Source of the DNA: Octopus vulgaris
Taxonomy: Eukaryota
Direction: 5' to 3'
Assembly (NCBI GenBank): GCA_951406725.2
Contig: OX597832.1
Coordinates: forward strand, 60,946,001-61,010,000
Length of the DNA: 64,000 nt
The notes beneath the pieces are model-generated. The model was not told where the DNA came from and did no database searches. It saw nothing but the letters and a program-made list of their open reading frames with translations. Positions within the stretch are counted from its first letter, which is position 1. The number at the start of each line of letters is the position of its first letter. The translations under genes and the position numbers were made by a program. Below, piece after piece: positions 1-12,565 of this stretch.

Positions 1-65
1 ACTACTAAGGACCCTTTTTTTTACACGAGTTTTCCCACAGACCCCTTTTGATATGCTTATCCTTA

Positions 66-156
<91 letters not shown>

Positions 157-171
157 TGTGTGTGTATCTGT

Positions 172-358
172 AATATAATATGTGGCAATTATTCGGTTGC
201 CATTACAAAACTGAGTTTCGGATGTCGGGGCAGAAACCTGCACCGGCATCTCTTCAGTTTGTCTCGATAACTGAAGAGATGCCGGTGCAGGTTTCCGCCC
301 CGACATCCGAAACTCGGAGTCTCATTATGGCAACCGAATAGTTGCCACATATTACATT
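172..358. mobile_element. Fold-back (palindromic) element with head-to-head hammerhead-like cores; Penelope pLTR-like
   Basis: 181-259 is the near-perfect reverse complement of 269-348. The right arm reads CTGAAGA (271-277), stem GATGCCGG...CCGACATC, then CGAAACTCGGAGTC. Flanked by (TG)n and (TA)n. Confidence 0.7.
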
Positions 359-421
359 AGACATAAACTCCACTATTTACATAATATCGAGGTCTCTTTC
401 ATTCTTTTGTTGTCTTACCAT

Positions 422-465
<44 letters not shown>

Positions 466-1139
466 GTATGTATATAAAAGTAGATAAATGGTACAACAAG
501 GCACCAATATTTACTGGAAAATAGCAATCGATATAAATACGACGCTATTGTATAGCTTCTCTGCGTATATACAAGCAAAGACGTGTGTAAGCAACAAACA
601 TGAAATAATTTGTCTTACCTCTAGGAAGAACATTCGATAAATGGACAACCTAGAATCGGATAATGCATATCATTTGTCATATGATATGTAATTGTTTTCA
701 TTTTGTTCCAGACTTCGTCGTCGTAATGTGTTTGCTTTGCTTTTGTGATAGACAGCTATCACACAGAAAATGCTAGCTTCCAAATCTTGTTTTGTGATTG
801 GGAAAAAATTAACATCTATAAAAAAAAAAAAAATTTGTACATTAAACGAATCACATAATCAGATTACAATGTACGAAATTTGAAAATTTTCGCGTAGCTT
901 TAAAATTTCAAAATTTCCTCTTCCGGTCAGTCCCTTGGCCAATGACTTCATGGCCCTCTTCTTCCGCTGTCTTACGCTTTCTCATTGTAAACTTACCGCT
1001 ACTCAGTATATATTTACCACATTCTTCATCACTCTTTTCTGTATAAGTACATCGCTCACACTGAGTGTGTGTGCGCGTGTGCGTGTGTGTGTCCGTGTAT
1101 GTATATGTGCAAAGACGAAAGACCCCCCCACACACAAAG

Positions 1140-1500
1140 CATCAGTATCGTGCTCTGGAGACACCCGAACAGGGACGGAATCGACTTGATGATATGCGAA
1201 AACGAGCCTCCGTCGCAGTGTCTCTGAAGACATCGATGCATCGATTGGTTGATAAACACTCAAGTGCCTCCGTTGTCCCATTTCATTCAAACGACTTCAA
1301 TTTCCAGCGAGTCTTGGTTATGCCATAACCATGAACAAATCACAAGGGCTAACATTTTTGGTTGCCGGTTAGCACTTTGAAGAACCCTGATTTGCCCAAG
1401 GTCAGCTCTACGTTGGATTTTCAAGAGTAGGAAGTAAGAAAAATCTTTACATTTCTGCACAAAATTGGAAAAAAAAAATTGTTTGTCGAGACAGTATGAG
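1140..1500 (+). pseudogene. Helitron Rep/Hel fossil (Pif1-type helicase C-terminus), internally deleted
   Basis: From about 1277 it translates as PISFKRLQFPASLGYAITMNKSQGLTFLVAG*HFEEP*FAQGQLYVGFSRVGSKKNLYI, matching the Pif1/Helitron motifs (FAMTINKSQG, HGQLYV..SRV) with two stops. The upstream RALETPEQGRNRLDDMR resembles Helitron N-terminal charged repeats. Confidence 0.85.
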
Positions 1501-2174
1501 TTACTCCAAATAATGAAGAAATCTATTCCGTGGAAGAGGCCCAAATGTCGGAGAAGACATGGTCTGTCATGGAATAAAGACATGTTATCGTGAAAGTTTC
1601 CCTGACAACGACGGGCTACTCAGTCAGTGTGTGTGCGTGTGAGCGCGCGCGTGTGTTTATGCATGTATTATGTATGTACATATTTATATATATGTGCATA
1701 CACACATACACTAACACAGAAGATAATGATGATGATAATGATAATTGTGATAATAATTGTGATTGTGATGCTGATGGTGATTAAATATGATCATGATGAT
1801 AATGATGATGATGATAATGATGATGATGATGATGATGATGTTGATGATCCTGCCGGGAGTGATGATGATGATGGTATGATGATAATTAAGACAATAATTA
1901 TAACGACGTTGATGATGATGATGATGGTGGTAGCGGTGTTGGCGATGGTAGTTTATAGCCCCATTAACGATGTTATAAATTGCCCTAATCAAGTAATATT
2001 TGCACTAATTCTCTTTTCTAAAAATAATAAATCTTTTTAAAACGGATTAAAGCAGGCTTAACACATTCGGCAGCTGAATTCTTGCAGGATGTCTTCGAAT
2101 CTGGTTTATATGATGAGCTGACCGATGAATCATAATCTGGGTAGAGGTTGTGGTGGTTTTCAAAGGGTCATTGC

Positions 2175-2223
<49 letters not shown>

Positions 2224-2960
2224 GCCACTCATCTTTCTTCCATTTTGTTTGTCATTTTATTCCGGATGAAACCTCTGTCCATCTCTCAACCATCCCCTTC
2301 CCTCCAGAAGGGTGAGAGCCACCAACTGGTGCTCCCCACCCTTCAGTCCGTCTGTCTGTCTGTCTCTCTCCCTAACACACACACGCATATACATGTACAC
2401 ACAATCACACACACACACCAATCGCCCCTCCACCTGCCTTGAAGGCCATTTCATCCTGGAGGATAACTTTGCCCTCACTCACACTCCAACCGTCTATCAC
2501 ATTCTTCGATCCCACTGCTGAAAGTAAAGGGGAAAGCGAGAACCCGAGAGAAGCGTAACTGAACATGTCAACGTTGAAGCAAGAAAGGGAAGTTAAAAGG
2601 AGAAATGGGTTTGTTTTGTTCCACCTTTCGTTCCATCTCTTCATTCTTCACTTTCCTTTTCAAGTCCAATAGGACATCATTTTCCACTGCGTTACTCGTG
2701 CATATGACTTGTCCTCATTTTGTCTCAAAGCCGTGCAGCCTTTATTTTGTTTGTCTGTTTATATTCGCACCAACTGCCGAGGCGTGATTGTTTTTGTCAT
2801 CGTCTTTCACGTTCGCTCATTATTCCTAGCAATATTATTATGAAAGGCGTGAAATTGTAGTGATGTCCGGACGATAACTGACGAAGAAAGAACAAGTCTT
2901 GTGTGTGAAGTTTCCATTTGTTCCTTTGTCATCCTGGCCGACTTTTTTTAACACACAGAT

Positions 2961-3003
<43 letters not shown>

Positions 3004-3004
3004 T

Positions 3005-3440
3005 GTAGACGGGGTTCCACACAGTTTCTGTCCATCAAATTCATTCAAAAGGCACTGGTTGGCTCGCGGCTATTGCCCAAGGTGCCGCACAGTGGGACCA
3101 AACCTGCGCCTACAGAGCCATGCTTTTGTATACGTATATATTTTAGCACCAGCCAATGCCAAAACACACATCTTACACCGCTGCCACTGGACCCACCACC
3201 ACCCTCCTCCACCACTTGTGTATATGATTTTACAAACTGCTACCTTCTATGTAATCTTTTAATCAGTTTGTCTGTTTCACTGCGCGTGTGTATATTCTCT
3301 TTTACATGTTTCAGTTATTTGATAGTGGCCATGCTGGAGCACAGCCTTTAGTCGAAAAAATGGACCCCAGGACCTATTCTTTGTAAGCCCGGTGCTTATT
3401 CTATCGGTCTCTTTTGCTAAACAGCAAAGTTTCGGGGACA
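3005..3440 (-). mobile_element. SINE family B fragments (head 3005-3110, tail 3296-3440)
   Basis: Matches the full copies at 31130-31500 and 63577-63976 (ttgcccaaggtgcc..cagtgggac; gtggccatgctggagcac..tttagtcga). Confidence 0.75.
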
Positions 3441-4064
3441 TACACACACATTCTAATTCTCTGTCCTTCTCCTCTCCCTTCTTGTGCGCAAAACCTTCCC
3501 CCATCTATTTCTACCTGTCTCTCTACCTATCATCTATCTTTCTCTTTTTACAGCCTTCCATTTCTTCCTCTGTCCATCTCTGTCAACTACCCACTGTCTA
3601 TCTTTATTCCCCTTTTTCTCTGCACTCCCTCTTCCTTCGTACTTGCTCTTCCCCATTCTCCTTTACTTCACTGTGTCTATCTTTCTTCATTTTTTAGTAC
3701 CAGAAGATCATCAAATTTTTTATCACTCATCTTTTTTCTATTTGACCAGTGCATCGGTAAGACATATATTTTGTTTCATCTCTTGCCTAGCATTCACTTC
3801 AGACCCCCAGTTTACCTTTTCACTTTTTATTATTTTCTTTCCTTCTGTCTTCGATCCTATTTTTCAGTCCTTCCCCCTGAACACAAGTACCACCATTTTC
3901 TTCCCTTTTTCGTTAATTTTCGTCAAGTAGCGTCCCACATTTTGAAATACTTGCAATTTGTATTTTTACTGCTTATGTTTGCTCTGCTTGATATATTTCC
4001 AAAATTAAACATTTAATACGCAGAATATGCTTCATATTATTACACATACCATACGTTAATGCAA

Positions 4065-4522
4065 AAAAATATTGTGTTTATTGATTATCTTCAAAATGAT
4101 CACACTACCAATGGAAAGTTCGCTAACAATTTGCTAAGGCAGCTATGAAAGTCTATCAAGACCAAACACCCAGAAAAGCTTATGAATGGAGTCCTGTTAC
4201 GTTAGGACAATGCTTCAGCACGCAAGTCCTTGGTTTTAATGGCTGCTGTGTTAGTGATTTGGTTCCATCTAGTTATTATATGTTTCCCAACATAGATAAA
4301 CACTTAGCTGGGCACCAGCATCAATGTGATGATGACGTCTTATCTGCTGTTGATGACTATTTTGACCGACAAGATTGCTTCTTCACACTTGCGATCCAAG
4401 CACTGCAACTACTTAGGGAAGTGTGTGGACAGGAAGAGGAACGACGTTAAAAAATGAACTTTATTTGGTCACATTCCATGAGACTGCCTTGCTCAGCCTA
4501 TGGACATTTCAGCCAACCCTCA
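4065..4522 (+). pseudogene. Mariner transposase fossil, C-terminal part plus 3' TIR
   Basis: Frameshifted IVFIDYLQNDHT..LLRQL..IKTKHP.KL..GVL..DNASA, then LVPSSYYMFPNIDKHLAG..DDDVLSAVDDYF (SPDLAPSDY motif region). Ends in ..cagccaaccctca|ta. Confidence 0.85.
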
Positions 4523-5983
4523 TAATGACAAAAATCGGATCTTTTAATTTTGAAAGCCAGATTTTCCTAGTTAACTAAACAATTTGAAACTTCGTATACT
4601 GGTAGAATGTGTCAAAAGAAAACATAATTGTAAACCAAAATGAAAACGGAATTGTAATTTCTAAGTTTAACGTTGTTTAATAATTCGAATTTTAACCAAT
4701 GATATTCTTTCTTTCGACTTCATATCATTTACTGCCTCTCAAAATATTGTTACTGTGACGTAAACAGCTATTTTGTGACGTAGTTAACGTAAACATAAAA
4801 TGTAAACATCCGCTTATCGTAACTAAACACTTTCAAACTTCGTGGAGTATATATAAAATTTGTGCAGATCCTAAATAGCTAAATTCTTTTTGAAAGTCTT
4901 AGTATATATAAAATGAGTGTTTAAATTATTTTCCATTGTTTGCATTGCTTACACACACACACACACACACACACATACATACATACATACATACATACAC
5001 ACATACTAAAATTACATCGTTGGAGCAGTAATTTATTTATGTATTTTTTGTTATACAATTTATTTTTAAGCTGAATCCCTATCCTGCCATTAACCTCTTT
5101 CTTATAAAATAATTGAAGAATCTGGGGTGTAGGAATTGGGCCAGTATTGGAACTTTTAACTTCTTGCTCTCTATCTTATGATCTTCGAAATTTAAGAATC
5201 TTGTGTGTTAACTGGGCTCTTATTATTTACTCTGACTCTACCACCACCTCAATGCAAAGACTATCAATATCAGAATCATCTTCACAACCACCACTACAAC
5301 CATTACTACAACCTCCAATGCCACCACCACAACCACCTTCTGCAACCACAACCCCAAGATCAATACCAGCATCATATTCAAAATCACCAATTTCACCACC
5401 ACTACACTCTGCAATGTCTTCAACACTACCATCCATGAGACATCCTAACATAATCAATGCTACTACTACTATCATCATCATTATCGTCATCATCCACTGC
5501 CGCCACCACCACCACCACCACCACCACTGCCATGATAACCACATCTACCACAGCTGTTTGCTTACTGCTTACCCACTCACAAAATAGCTGTCTACGTCAC
5601 AGTAACACTATGCAGCTAATAATTTCAAATGAAAACAGACAATACGATTGGTTAAAATTCGCAGATTTAAACTACGTTTAAACTTATAAAATACATTTTT
5701 GTCAAAAAAAACTAGTTGGAATTATTGTTTTCTTTTGACACATTCTACCAGTATACGAAGTTTCAAATTATTTAGCAATAATAATTCTCTAAATGAGATA
5801 TAGACAGTAACTGCTCCATAACATAAGGGACTAAAGCCATCTGAATATGGCTAGGGACAGGGCAGGGTGGTGGGGGTGTTACTGTTGCATTTACCCAGGC
5901 GAACATCAACGTCGCCAGATAGGCTTGACACCATCACGGTGTCCTTTATCCTCAAGGGAGATAATTCCCCGATGAAGCGGAAA

Positions 5984-6033
5984 CCACACACGGACCTAGG
6001 TTTCAAGGTGTATTGCCTATCATCAACGTGTGG
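5984..6033 (-). ncRNA. Type I minimal hammerhead ribozyme motif (copy 1)
   Basis: Minus strand CCACACG-UUGAUGA-UAGG caauaca CCUU-GAAA-CCUAGG-UC^CGUGUGUGG. Stem I cacacg/cgugug, palindromic stem III, GUC site. Variant core (U3, U10.1-U11.1). Confidence 0.7.
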
Positions 6034-6341
6034 TAGGCCCCCGCTTCCTCGACGAACAACCCACTCTGCAGGATATTTATATAGATTTTCAGCAAAATAC
6101 ATTTGCTGATTTCGAAAATCTGTTCGACAGCAATAATAATTCTCTAAATGAGATATAGACAGTAACTGCTCCATAACATAAGGGACTAAAGCCATCTGAA
6201 TATGGCTAGGGACAGGGCAGGGTGGTGGGGTGTTACTGTTGCATTTAGCCCCAGGCGAACATCAACGTCGCCAGATAGGCTTGACACCATCACGGTGTCC
6301 TTTATCCTGCAAAGGGAGATAATTCCCCGATGAAGCGGAAA

Positions 6342-6391
6342 CCACACACGGACCTAGGTTTCAAGGTGTATTGCCTATCATCAACGTGTGG
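6342..6391 (-). ncRNA. Type I minimal hammerhead ribozyme motif (copy 2)
   Basis: Same motif as 5984-6033, 358 nt away. Confidence 0.7.
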
Positions 6392-6823
6392 TAGGCCCCC
6401 GCTTCCTCGACGAACAACCCACTCTGCAGGATATTTATATATAGATTTTGGGGCTAAATGCAACAGTAACACCCCCACCACCCTGCCCTGTCCCTAGCCA
6501 TATTCAGATGGCTTTAGTCCCTTATGTCAAATTATTTAGTTAACTAGAAAAATCTGAAAAATCTGGCTTTCAAAATGAAAAGATCCCAAAAATCATTATT
6601 AAACCTGCATTTTTTTTATTGTTAACATTGAAAAAAATCCACCTTTTCCGTTAAAAAATTTGGATCTGGGTTTGCACCCGCTAATTTCGTTGCTGGGCCA
6701 CTCCCACCGTCTCATACCACTACTAGTAAGTACTACGATCACAAAAGCCATGATTGCTACCACGACCACCACGACCACCACGACCACCACGACCACCACG
6801 ACCACCCCACTACCACCACGACT

Positions 6824-6856
<33 letters not shown>

Positions 6857-7199
6857 ACCACCACCACTACCACCACCACCACCCTGCCGCCGCCGCCAAC
6901 GCCGCCAAACTACCATAACAGTGACCATAGCTACCACAACTACCCGCGGCAGGGAAGGAATGAGTGTGAGGAAATTATAGACATCAAAGGTGTATTTATT
7001 TGTGAACTCGTCACTCGGCTGTCAAATTCCTGACTCTTGTTTATTCATAGTAAAGTGTGTTTATAATACATACATGCTTAGGTACATACATGCATGTACA
7101 CATACATATATGTATATATACACACATACATTTATACATACATGTCATATATGTACACATACCGTACATATATTTACACATGCATATATATGAATATAT

Positions 7200-7470
7200 A
7201 CGGTGTAAGGATAAACGGAAAGATAATTTGAAACGCCTGAGTATTAGGAAAGAAAATTTTAAGAATCTTACAAGAAACAGCGATGACTGGAGGAGAGAGA
7301 ATGCTTCTTCCAATTTCAAAATGCAAAAGGTACTTCATGAAGAGCAGTTACGAGAAAATAGAGAAAGAAAGCAACTGAACAGCAGTCTTCCCGTAAACCG
7401 CACATTGTCCATATTAGGATTTCTTAGCCAGATAACGTGCTGGTTTTAATAATTCATGTCCATATTGCTT
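7200..7470 (+). pseudogene. RTE-clade LINE ORF C-terminal fragment
   Basis: RCKDKRKDNLKRLSIRKENFKNLTRNSDDWRR..FKMQKVLHEEQLRENRERKQ followed by a degenerate PHCP knuckle; resembles RTE post-RT tails (KRYKD.LK...A.DR..WR). Confidence 0.55.
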
Positions 7471-7551
7471 TTGCTGGTCTGAGGATTCACGTGAGGAGTG
7501 ACCAGGTGAAGTGAAAGTGAGTGACCAGGTGAAGTGAATGGTAGTAATAAA

Positions 7552-7783
7552 GGCGGCGAGCTGGCAGAAACGTTAGCTCGCTGGGCGAAATGCTTAGCAG
7601 TATTTCGTCTGCGTTACGTTGTGAGTTCAAATTCCGCCGAGGTCGACTTTGCCTTTCATCCTTTCGGGGTCGATAAATTAAGTACCAGTTACGCACTGGG
7701 GTCGATGTAACCGACTTAATACCTATGTCTGTCCTTGTTTGTCCGCTCTGTGTTTAGCCCCTTGTGGATAATAAAGAAATAGG
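7552..7783 (+). mobile_element. SINE family A (tRNA-derived head, Meta-domain-like centre)
   Basis: GGCGGCGAGCTGGCAGAA A-box-like, GAGTTCAAATTCC B-box, central gcctttcatcctttcggggtcgataaattaagtaccag, A-rich end. More than 15 copies in the window. Confidence 0.85.
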
Positions 7784-8429
7784 TAGTAATAATGATGTGT
7801 CTTGTTGATTGTCAATTTGGTTGAATTTTATAAATTAGAAATAAAGATTATTTAATTTCTTTTGTCTTCTCGTTGAATACACAAACGTCGTCTTCGACGG
7901 GAGAGTCCGTCATATACCTATATACATTCATGTAGAAAGAAAGCGAGAGGGAGAAAGAGTGGGTGAGGAAAGAAATATATATATATAGAGAGAGAGAGTG
8001 GGAGATAGATAGACACATAGATAGACAGATATATGTCCGTCTACATTTGAATTTATATATACATGCACAAACACGCACACACAAGGGCGCACATGGGCAC
8101 ACATGTCTGACAGAGATATACCGCTAGTTCTTCTATGCCTAATGAAACATAGTATCATAAACTGATACTGAAGATTCGACCAGCGAAACTGCAGTAAAGT
8201 GTAACCCTGTTTTACTTAATATCATATAATATACATACATACATACGTATATTGCAAAAAGGTCTTCCACACAGCATTTTGTGAATGAACAAAGCTGTCT
8301 AATCCATCATGGAGGACGACTTCCAATATTCTTGAGTGGAACACTTGAAGAATTGCGCATGAAACCGTCGGTAGCTTTGTTAATCCGCAAGTAAATAATA
8401 CATACATACAATTAGTACTATTATTGTTG

Positions 8430-8430
8430 C

Positions 8431-8493
<63 letters not shown>

Positions 8494-9050
8494 CATTATT
8501 ATTATTATTATTATTATCATTATTATTTTTCAATAACTATTTAATGCTATTTCACTCAGACGGAATGTCATCTTGAGGTTTGGAGGCAACAAATCTCCTT
8601 TAGGATTCTTACAGAATACAGCATCGTACTGTTCTGCATGTTGATATATCAGTTTGAACATCCTTGAGTCTCTTAAATAACAATTGGGATTTTTCGTCAA
8701 ATCACAAAATATCCCCGATGCAACGTTTACACATGTGTTTCACAATCTCTTCGTCTTTTTTTCTTTCTTCTGAGTCACATCCGGTCTCCTTGATTCAAGA
8801 GCTTAGAGTGTCGATGGGGAAATCTCATAAGATCTCGTTAACTATGGCGGACTTTCTCTCACTTCAAATCCAGAAACTTGAATCACTAACATCTAAATAC
8901 ACTCTTTTACCGTTGCCGTCATATTCCATTTTGTTTTTGTTTTAACCTACTGCACTTCCTTAGGAGACAGTTAAAACTTTCGTTCCACTTTTCACCCTTT
9001 CTGCGATTGCTGTCTGAGTTCTTTCAACCATTATTGCTCTATCAAATTCA
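8430..9050 (-). mobile_element. Highly degraded LINE remnant ending in (TAA)n, possibly R4/Dong
   Basis: Minus strand runs into a long (TAA)n tail at 8430-8530; only faint resemblance to an R4/Dong C-terminus. Confidence 0.3.
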
Positions 9051-9257
9051 TTCTTATTACATGTTGTGGTGGTTTTTGCGATTATTATTGTGGTTTTTGT
9101 TGTAGATGTTAAACTAGAAACGATTTTTCTACATAAATTATCGCCTTTTCAACAAAGGTGAAACATGGGTGAAATGATCCCTTGGCTCTTTTGATCATTC
9201 TGGCTCTATATTCTTTAATCAAAGCAGCCTATGTAGAACACCTCTCAATGTATAGTA

Positions 9258-9329
<72 letters not shown>

Positions 9330-10291
9330 AGTTTACATGTACACACACATACATACATAAATACATGCATACATACATACATATATGCTATATAACTGCA
9401 TAAGTGCGTGTATACACACATATAGACACGCACACAAACACAAACACACACGCATACACACAACTGTCTAATGAGTGGTGGGTGGCAATCCTACACAAAG
9501 AAACAAGTTAATTACAGACCGCCTTTTGTATTGCCAAACATTTTTCATCAGCCACCACGACCGCAGCTACGGCGACAACAACTGCAACGACCATCCCCAC
9601 TAGCACAACCACCACCAATGTCACCATTAACACCATTATCACCACAACCACCACCACCACCACCACCACCACCCATACTTTCACTTACGTCACTGCTTTT
9701 CCTTCACACACACATACACATACACACTCGCCCCCTTCACACATACACTGCACATACATAAAATTCTACTTGACGCAATTCTGGTCCAAGAACAACACAG
9801 ACAGTGGTAATTACCCCTTCCATCCACGACCATCTCTTCGACAAAGCTAATAATTTAACCAGTAAAACCTCTTCAAATCTAAACAAAAAAAATAAGGTTA
9901 CTAAGTAACAAAATGATATTCGTTACATTTCTTCTTCCAGTTCTAGGAGTAAACCTCTACAAGTGTTCGTACGTGCGTGTTTGTGTGTGTGTGTGTGTGT
10001 GCGTGTGCGCGTGCGCGTTTGTGCATGTGTGTGTGTGTGATGGGGCAGAAGACGTTTTTATTTGCTCCGCCCATTCGGCGCCCAGGACAATTTGTTTTTT
10101 CTATTTGAAGTCAGAGCGAAGAAGGCTGTAACAAACATTAACGACCCTGCAGATTCGCCGATGAATGTGTGCGCATGTGCGTGCGTGCATGTGTGCGTAT
10201 GTGTTTGTGTGTAAGTGTGCATGTGAGTGTGTATGTTTGCATATATGCCCTTCTTTTTCTCTCTCTCCGTATATATATATATATATATATA

Positions 10292-10797
10292 TCTATAAAA
10301 CTGTAGTTGTGTGAGTGTCTGTCCCCTTCGATTTAGATTCCTAACTACTCCCACATTTTGCGGTGCAGTTTAACCAAATTCGGGTATCTTATAGTCGTGA
10401 TTCATATCGAGCCCGTCTGAGTATTAGCGCGCGTCTACGATGAGTTTACGATTTTTAAAATAATTTAACATCATTTTTTATTCCATTTTAGTGCATAATT
10501 TTTCGTGTGTCGATGGCGGCGGAGTTGGCGTCCATGGTCACACCTGCACCTGTTTGCTTCTCCCCCTTCTTCCCTCCCTCGTGAAGCTGTGGGGAAGGGA
10601 GTGTAAGGAAATCAACGTCGTAAAGCGTTGTCAAGGAGACCAGCGTTCTTTTAGAACAACGACTTCATGGCTTGAAGACACCAAAACAGAAATGGCTAAG
10701 AAAGCCCGAATTGGCATCTATAAGGGAAGTAACTCTCTAAAAATTCTTATATAGTTATTTCCCTTACAAACCCGAGCAACGCCGGGCGATACTGCTA

Positions 10798-10798
<1 letters not shown>
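10292..10798 (+). mobile_element. Non-autonomous Helitron
   Basis: 5' A|TC start, subterminal hairpin CCCGAGCAACGCCGGG, 3' CTAG|T, no TSD, inserted in (TA)n. Confidence 0.85.
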
Positions 10799-10839
<41 letters not shown>

Positions 10840-11674
10840 ATATATATGCATATGTGTGTGTGTGTGCGTGCGTGTGTGTGCGTGTGTAAGAATGTAAATA
10901 TGATAAATACATGTATGTTGACGAAGGAAAAACAAATTGCAGAACAAAAATGTTATTTGTTTGAGGTGCGAAAGAAGGGAAGTAGTTGTCGACTATAACG
11001 CTTCGGACTTTTTTCTTCTTCAGGTCGTGGAGAAAAGAGTAGAAGAAATTGAAGATGGAAAAGAAAAGAAGGTAAAAATGATAGATTTCAGTGAGTTAAA
11101 TCATGTGGTTTTGGTCAACATGTTCGGCTGATTGAAACGCTTACAAGAAAAGCCCAGCTCCTGAATACATACGTATACACGGAAACGTACTCAAACGCAC
11201 ACACACACACATACATACACAATATGGATACCCCTATTGTTAGACGACGGATGAGGATTCCCCAATTTCTTGGCAAACAACTACATAGACAATGGACCCG
11301 AAAAGAGCAGGAGCACACACGAGGACAGAAAATGTCGCTGAAGAGGTCTCAGATGTGTGACGAAAGATTTCCGAGCAATAGACTTAAGTTAAAATAAAAA
11401 CAGTAATAAACGAGGGAAGAACGAATATATAGTGCGTATGTTTATTTGGCAAAAAAATGACCATCCCGAAATACAACAATAACTACACAAATGATTTTCT
11501 TTACAGTGATTAATTGTATGTACTGAATCTTAGGTCACTCCCTTTATCAAACTAACATTGTGTGTAGAAATGCATGAATATGCCACAATTCTTGTGTCGA
11601 AATAACGCGAAATGAAGTGTTTCGTTCAAGAACACAACACACCACCCAGTTTGGGAATTGAAACCACGATCTCC

Positions 11675-11821
11675 TCATCAGGGTGCACAAAGGACGATAC
11701 TAAGATTACATTATAATGCGTTGGAATACTCAGAATACATATTCTGGATATTCCAAATTATTCTGAGGATTCCAACGGGTCATAATGTAATCCTTGTATT
11801 GCCCTTTGCACACCCTGATGA
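11675..11821. mobile_element. Palindromic MITE-like element (~63-bp arms)
   Basis: tcatcagggtgcacaaagg..ctcagaata is the reverse complement of tattctgagg..gcacaccctgatga. The CAGGGTG end resembles the Tc1-like TIR at 42633-42639. Confidence 0.7.
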
Positions 11822-12565
11822 TTTTCCATCCCAGGTGTTTAAGATGCAAAATTATTTATTTATATGTTTTGTAGTTTTAATTTTGTTTGTGAAATGAAAC
11901 AATTGTTAGTGAATATGTTAATTAATTAATAAATGAATTTCTATCTATTGTATCTCTCTGTTTTCAAACTTAATAATAATATTTGATATTTATGATATTT
12001 TATATAATATATTCATTGAAGAAATATCTCTTCAAAATACAATATATTAAACCAGTGTATCTTGGATAAAAATATCCCTGTAAGTGGTCTAAATATCCCA
12101 ATAAGGACTATATATATATATATATATATATATGAGTTTTGCAAAAACTTCGACTCAAGTGAATATGGTACTTAAGTTGAAGCACCAGGATTTAGTACGG
12201 TATTATCCATACAATTGCAAAATAAGGTCATTAGAATCAAAATGAACAACAAGGATATCGAGTGGAAGTGAAGGTAGCATGTTATTTGTCTATCTCCTTA
12301 ACTTCTTGGAGATTTTAGGCAAAATTATACTAATATGTCCATCTGTTTAAATTTAATTAAATGCTGTCTTTATGCAGATGAAGATTGCTCCTCAGCATTT
12401 AAATTGATGTTATGGTTGTATAGTTCAATTAAATGGAATTGCGTGAAACGATCGTACTGCATTACTTCTGGATATCCTTGTTGTTTATTTTGATATATAT
12501 ATATATTTCGTATTGGAATTTGGTTTGCGAGATTCTTTTTATAAGTTCGTGCGTTGAAGCTTATT

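Larger units (their letters stand above)
5776..6527 (-). mobile_element. Candidate retrozyme: tandem ~356-nt units with hammerhead ribozymes plus an inverted tail
   Basis: Direct repeats begin near 5774 and 6129. 6447-6527 is an inverted copy of part of the unit. TSD TCAAATTATTTAG at 5763-5775 and 6527-6539. No plausible ORF. Confidence 0.75.
4537..6586. mobile_element. Non-autonomous DNA transposon with long TIRs and 8-bp TSD (Merlin-like; MULE not excluded)
   Basis: Termini GGATCTTTT.. and ..AAAAGATCC. Identical direct repeat CAAAAATC at 4529-4536 and 6587-6594. Left arm 4537-4777 is the reverse complement of 5577-5775 plus 6540-6586. Confidence 0.8.

Noticed and set aside
3414-4016. 200-aa hydrophobic ORF
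   Set aside because: CT-rich low-complexity DNA starting within a SINE; the Leu/Phe/Ser bias is compositional.
5147-5587. Pro/Ser/His-rich 146-aa ORF
   Set aside because: Decayed (CAC/CAT)n inside a MITE; no domain or splice support.
5851-6195. 114-aa ORF within the retrozyme candidate
   Set aside because: Indels between the two repeat units break the frame; RNA structure explains the sequence better.
8261-8390. Possible + strand exon (AG..SSTQHFVNEQSCLIHHGGRLPIFLSGTLEELRMKP..GT)
   Set aside because: Short open frame with no polypyrimidine tract, a weak donor and no recognisable homology.
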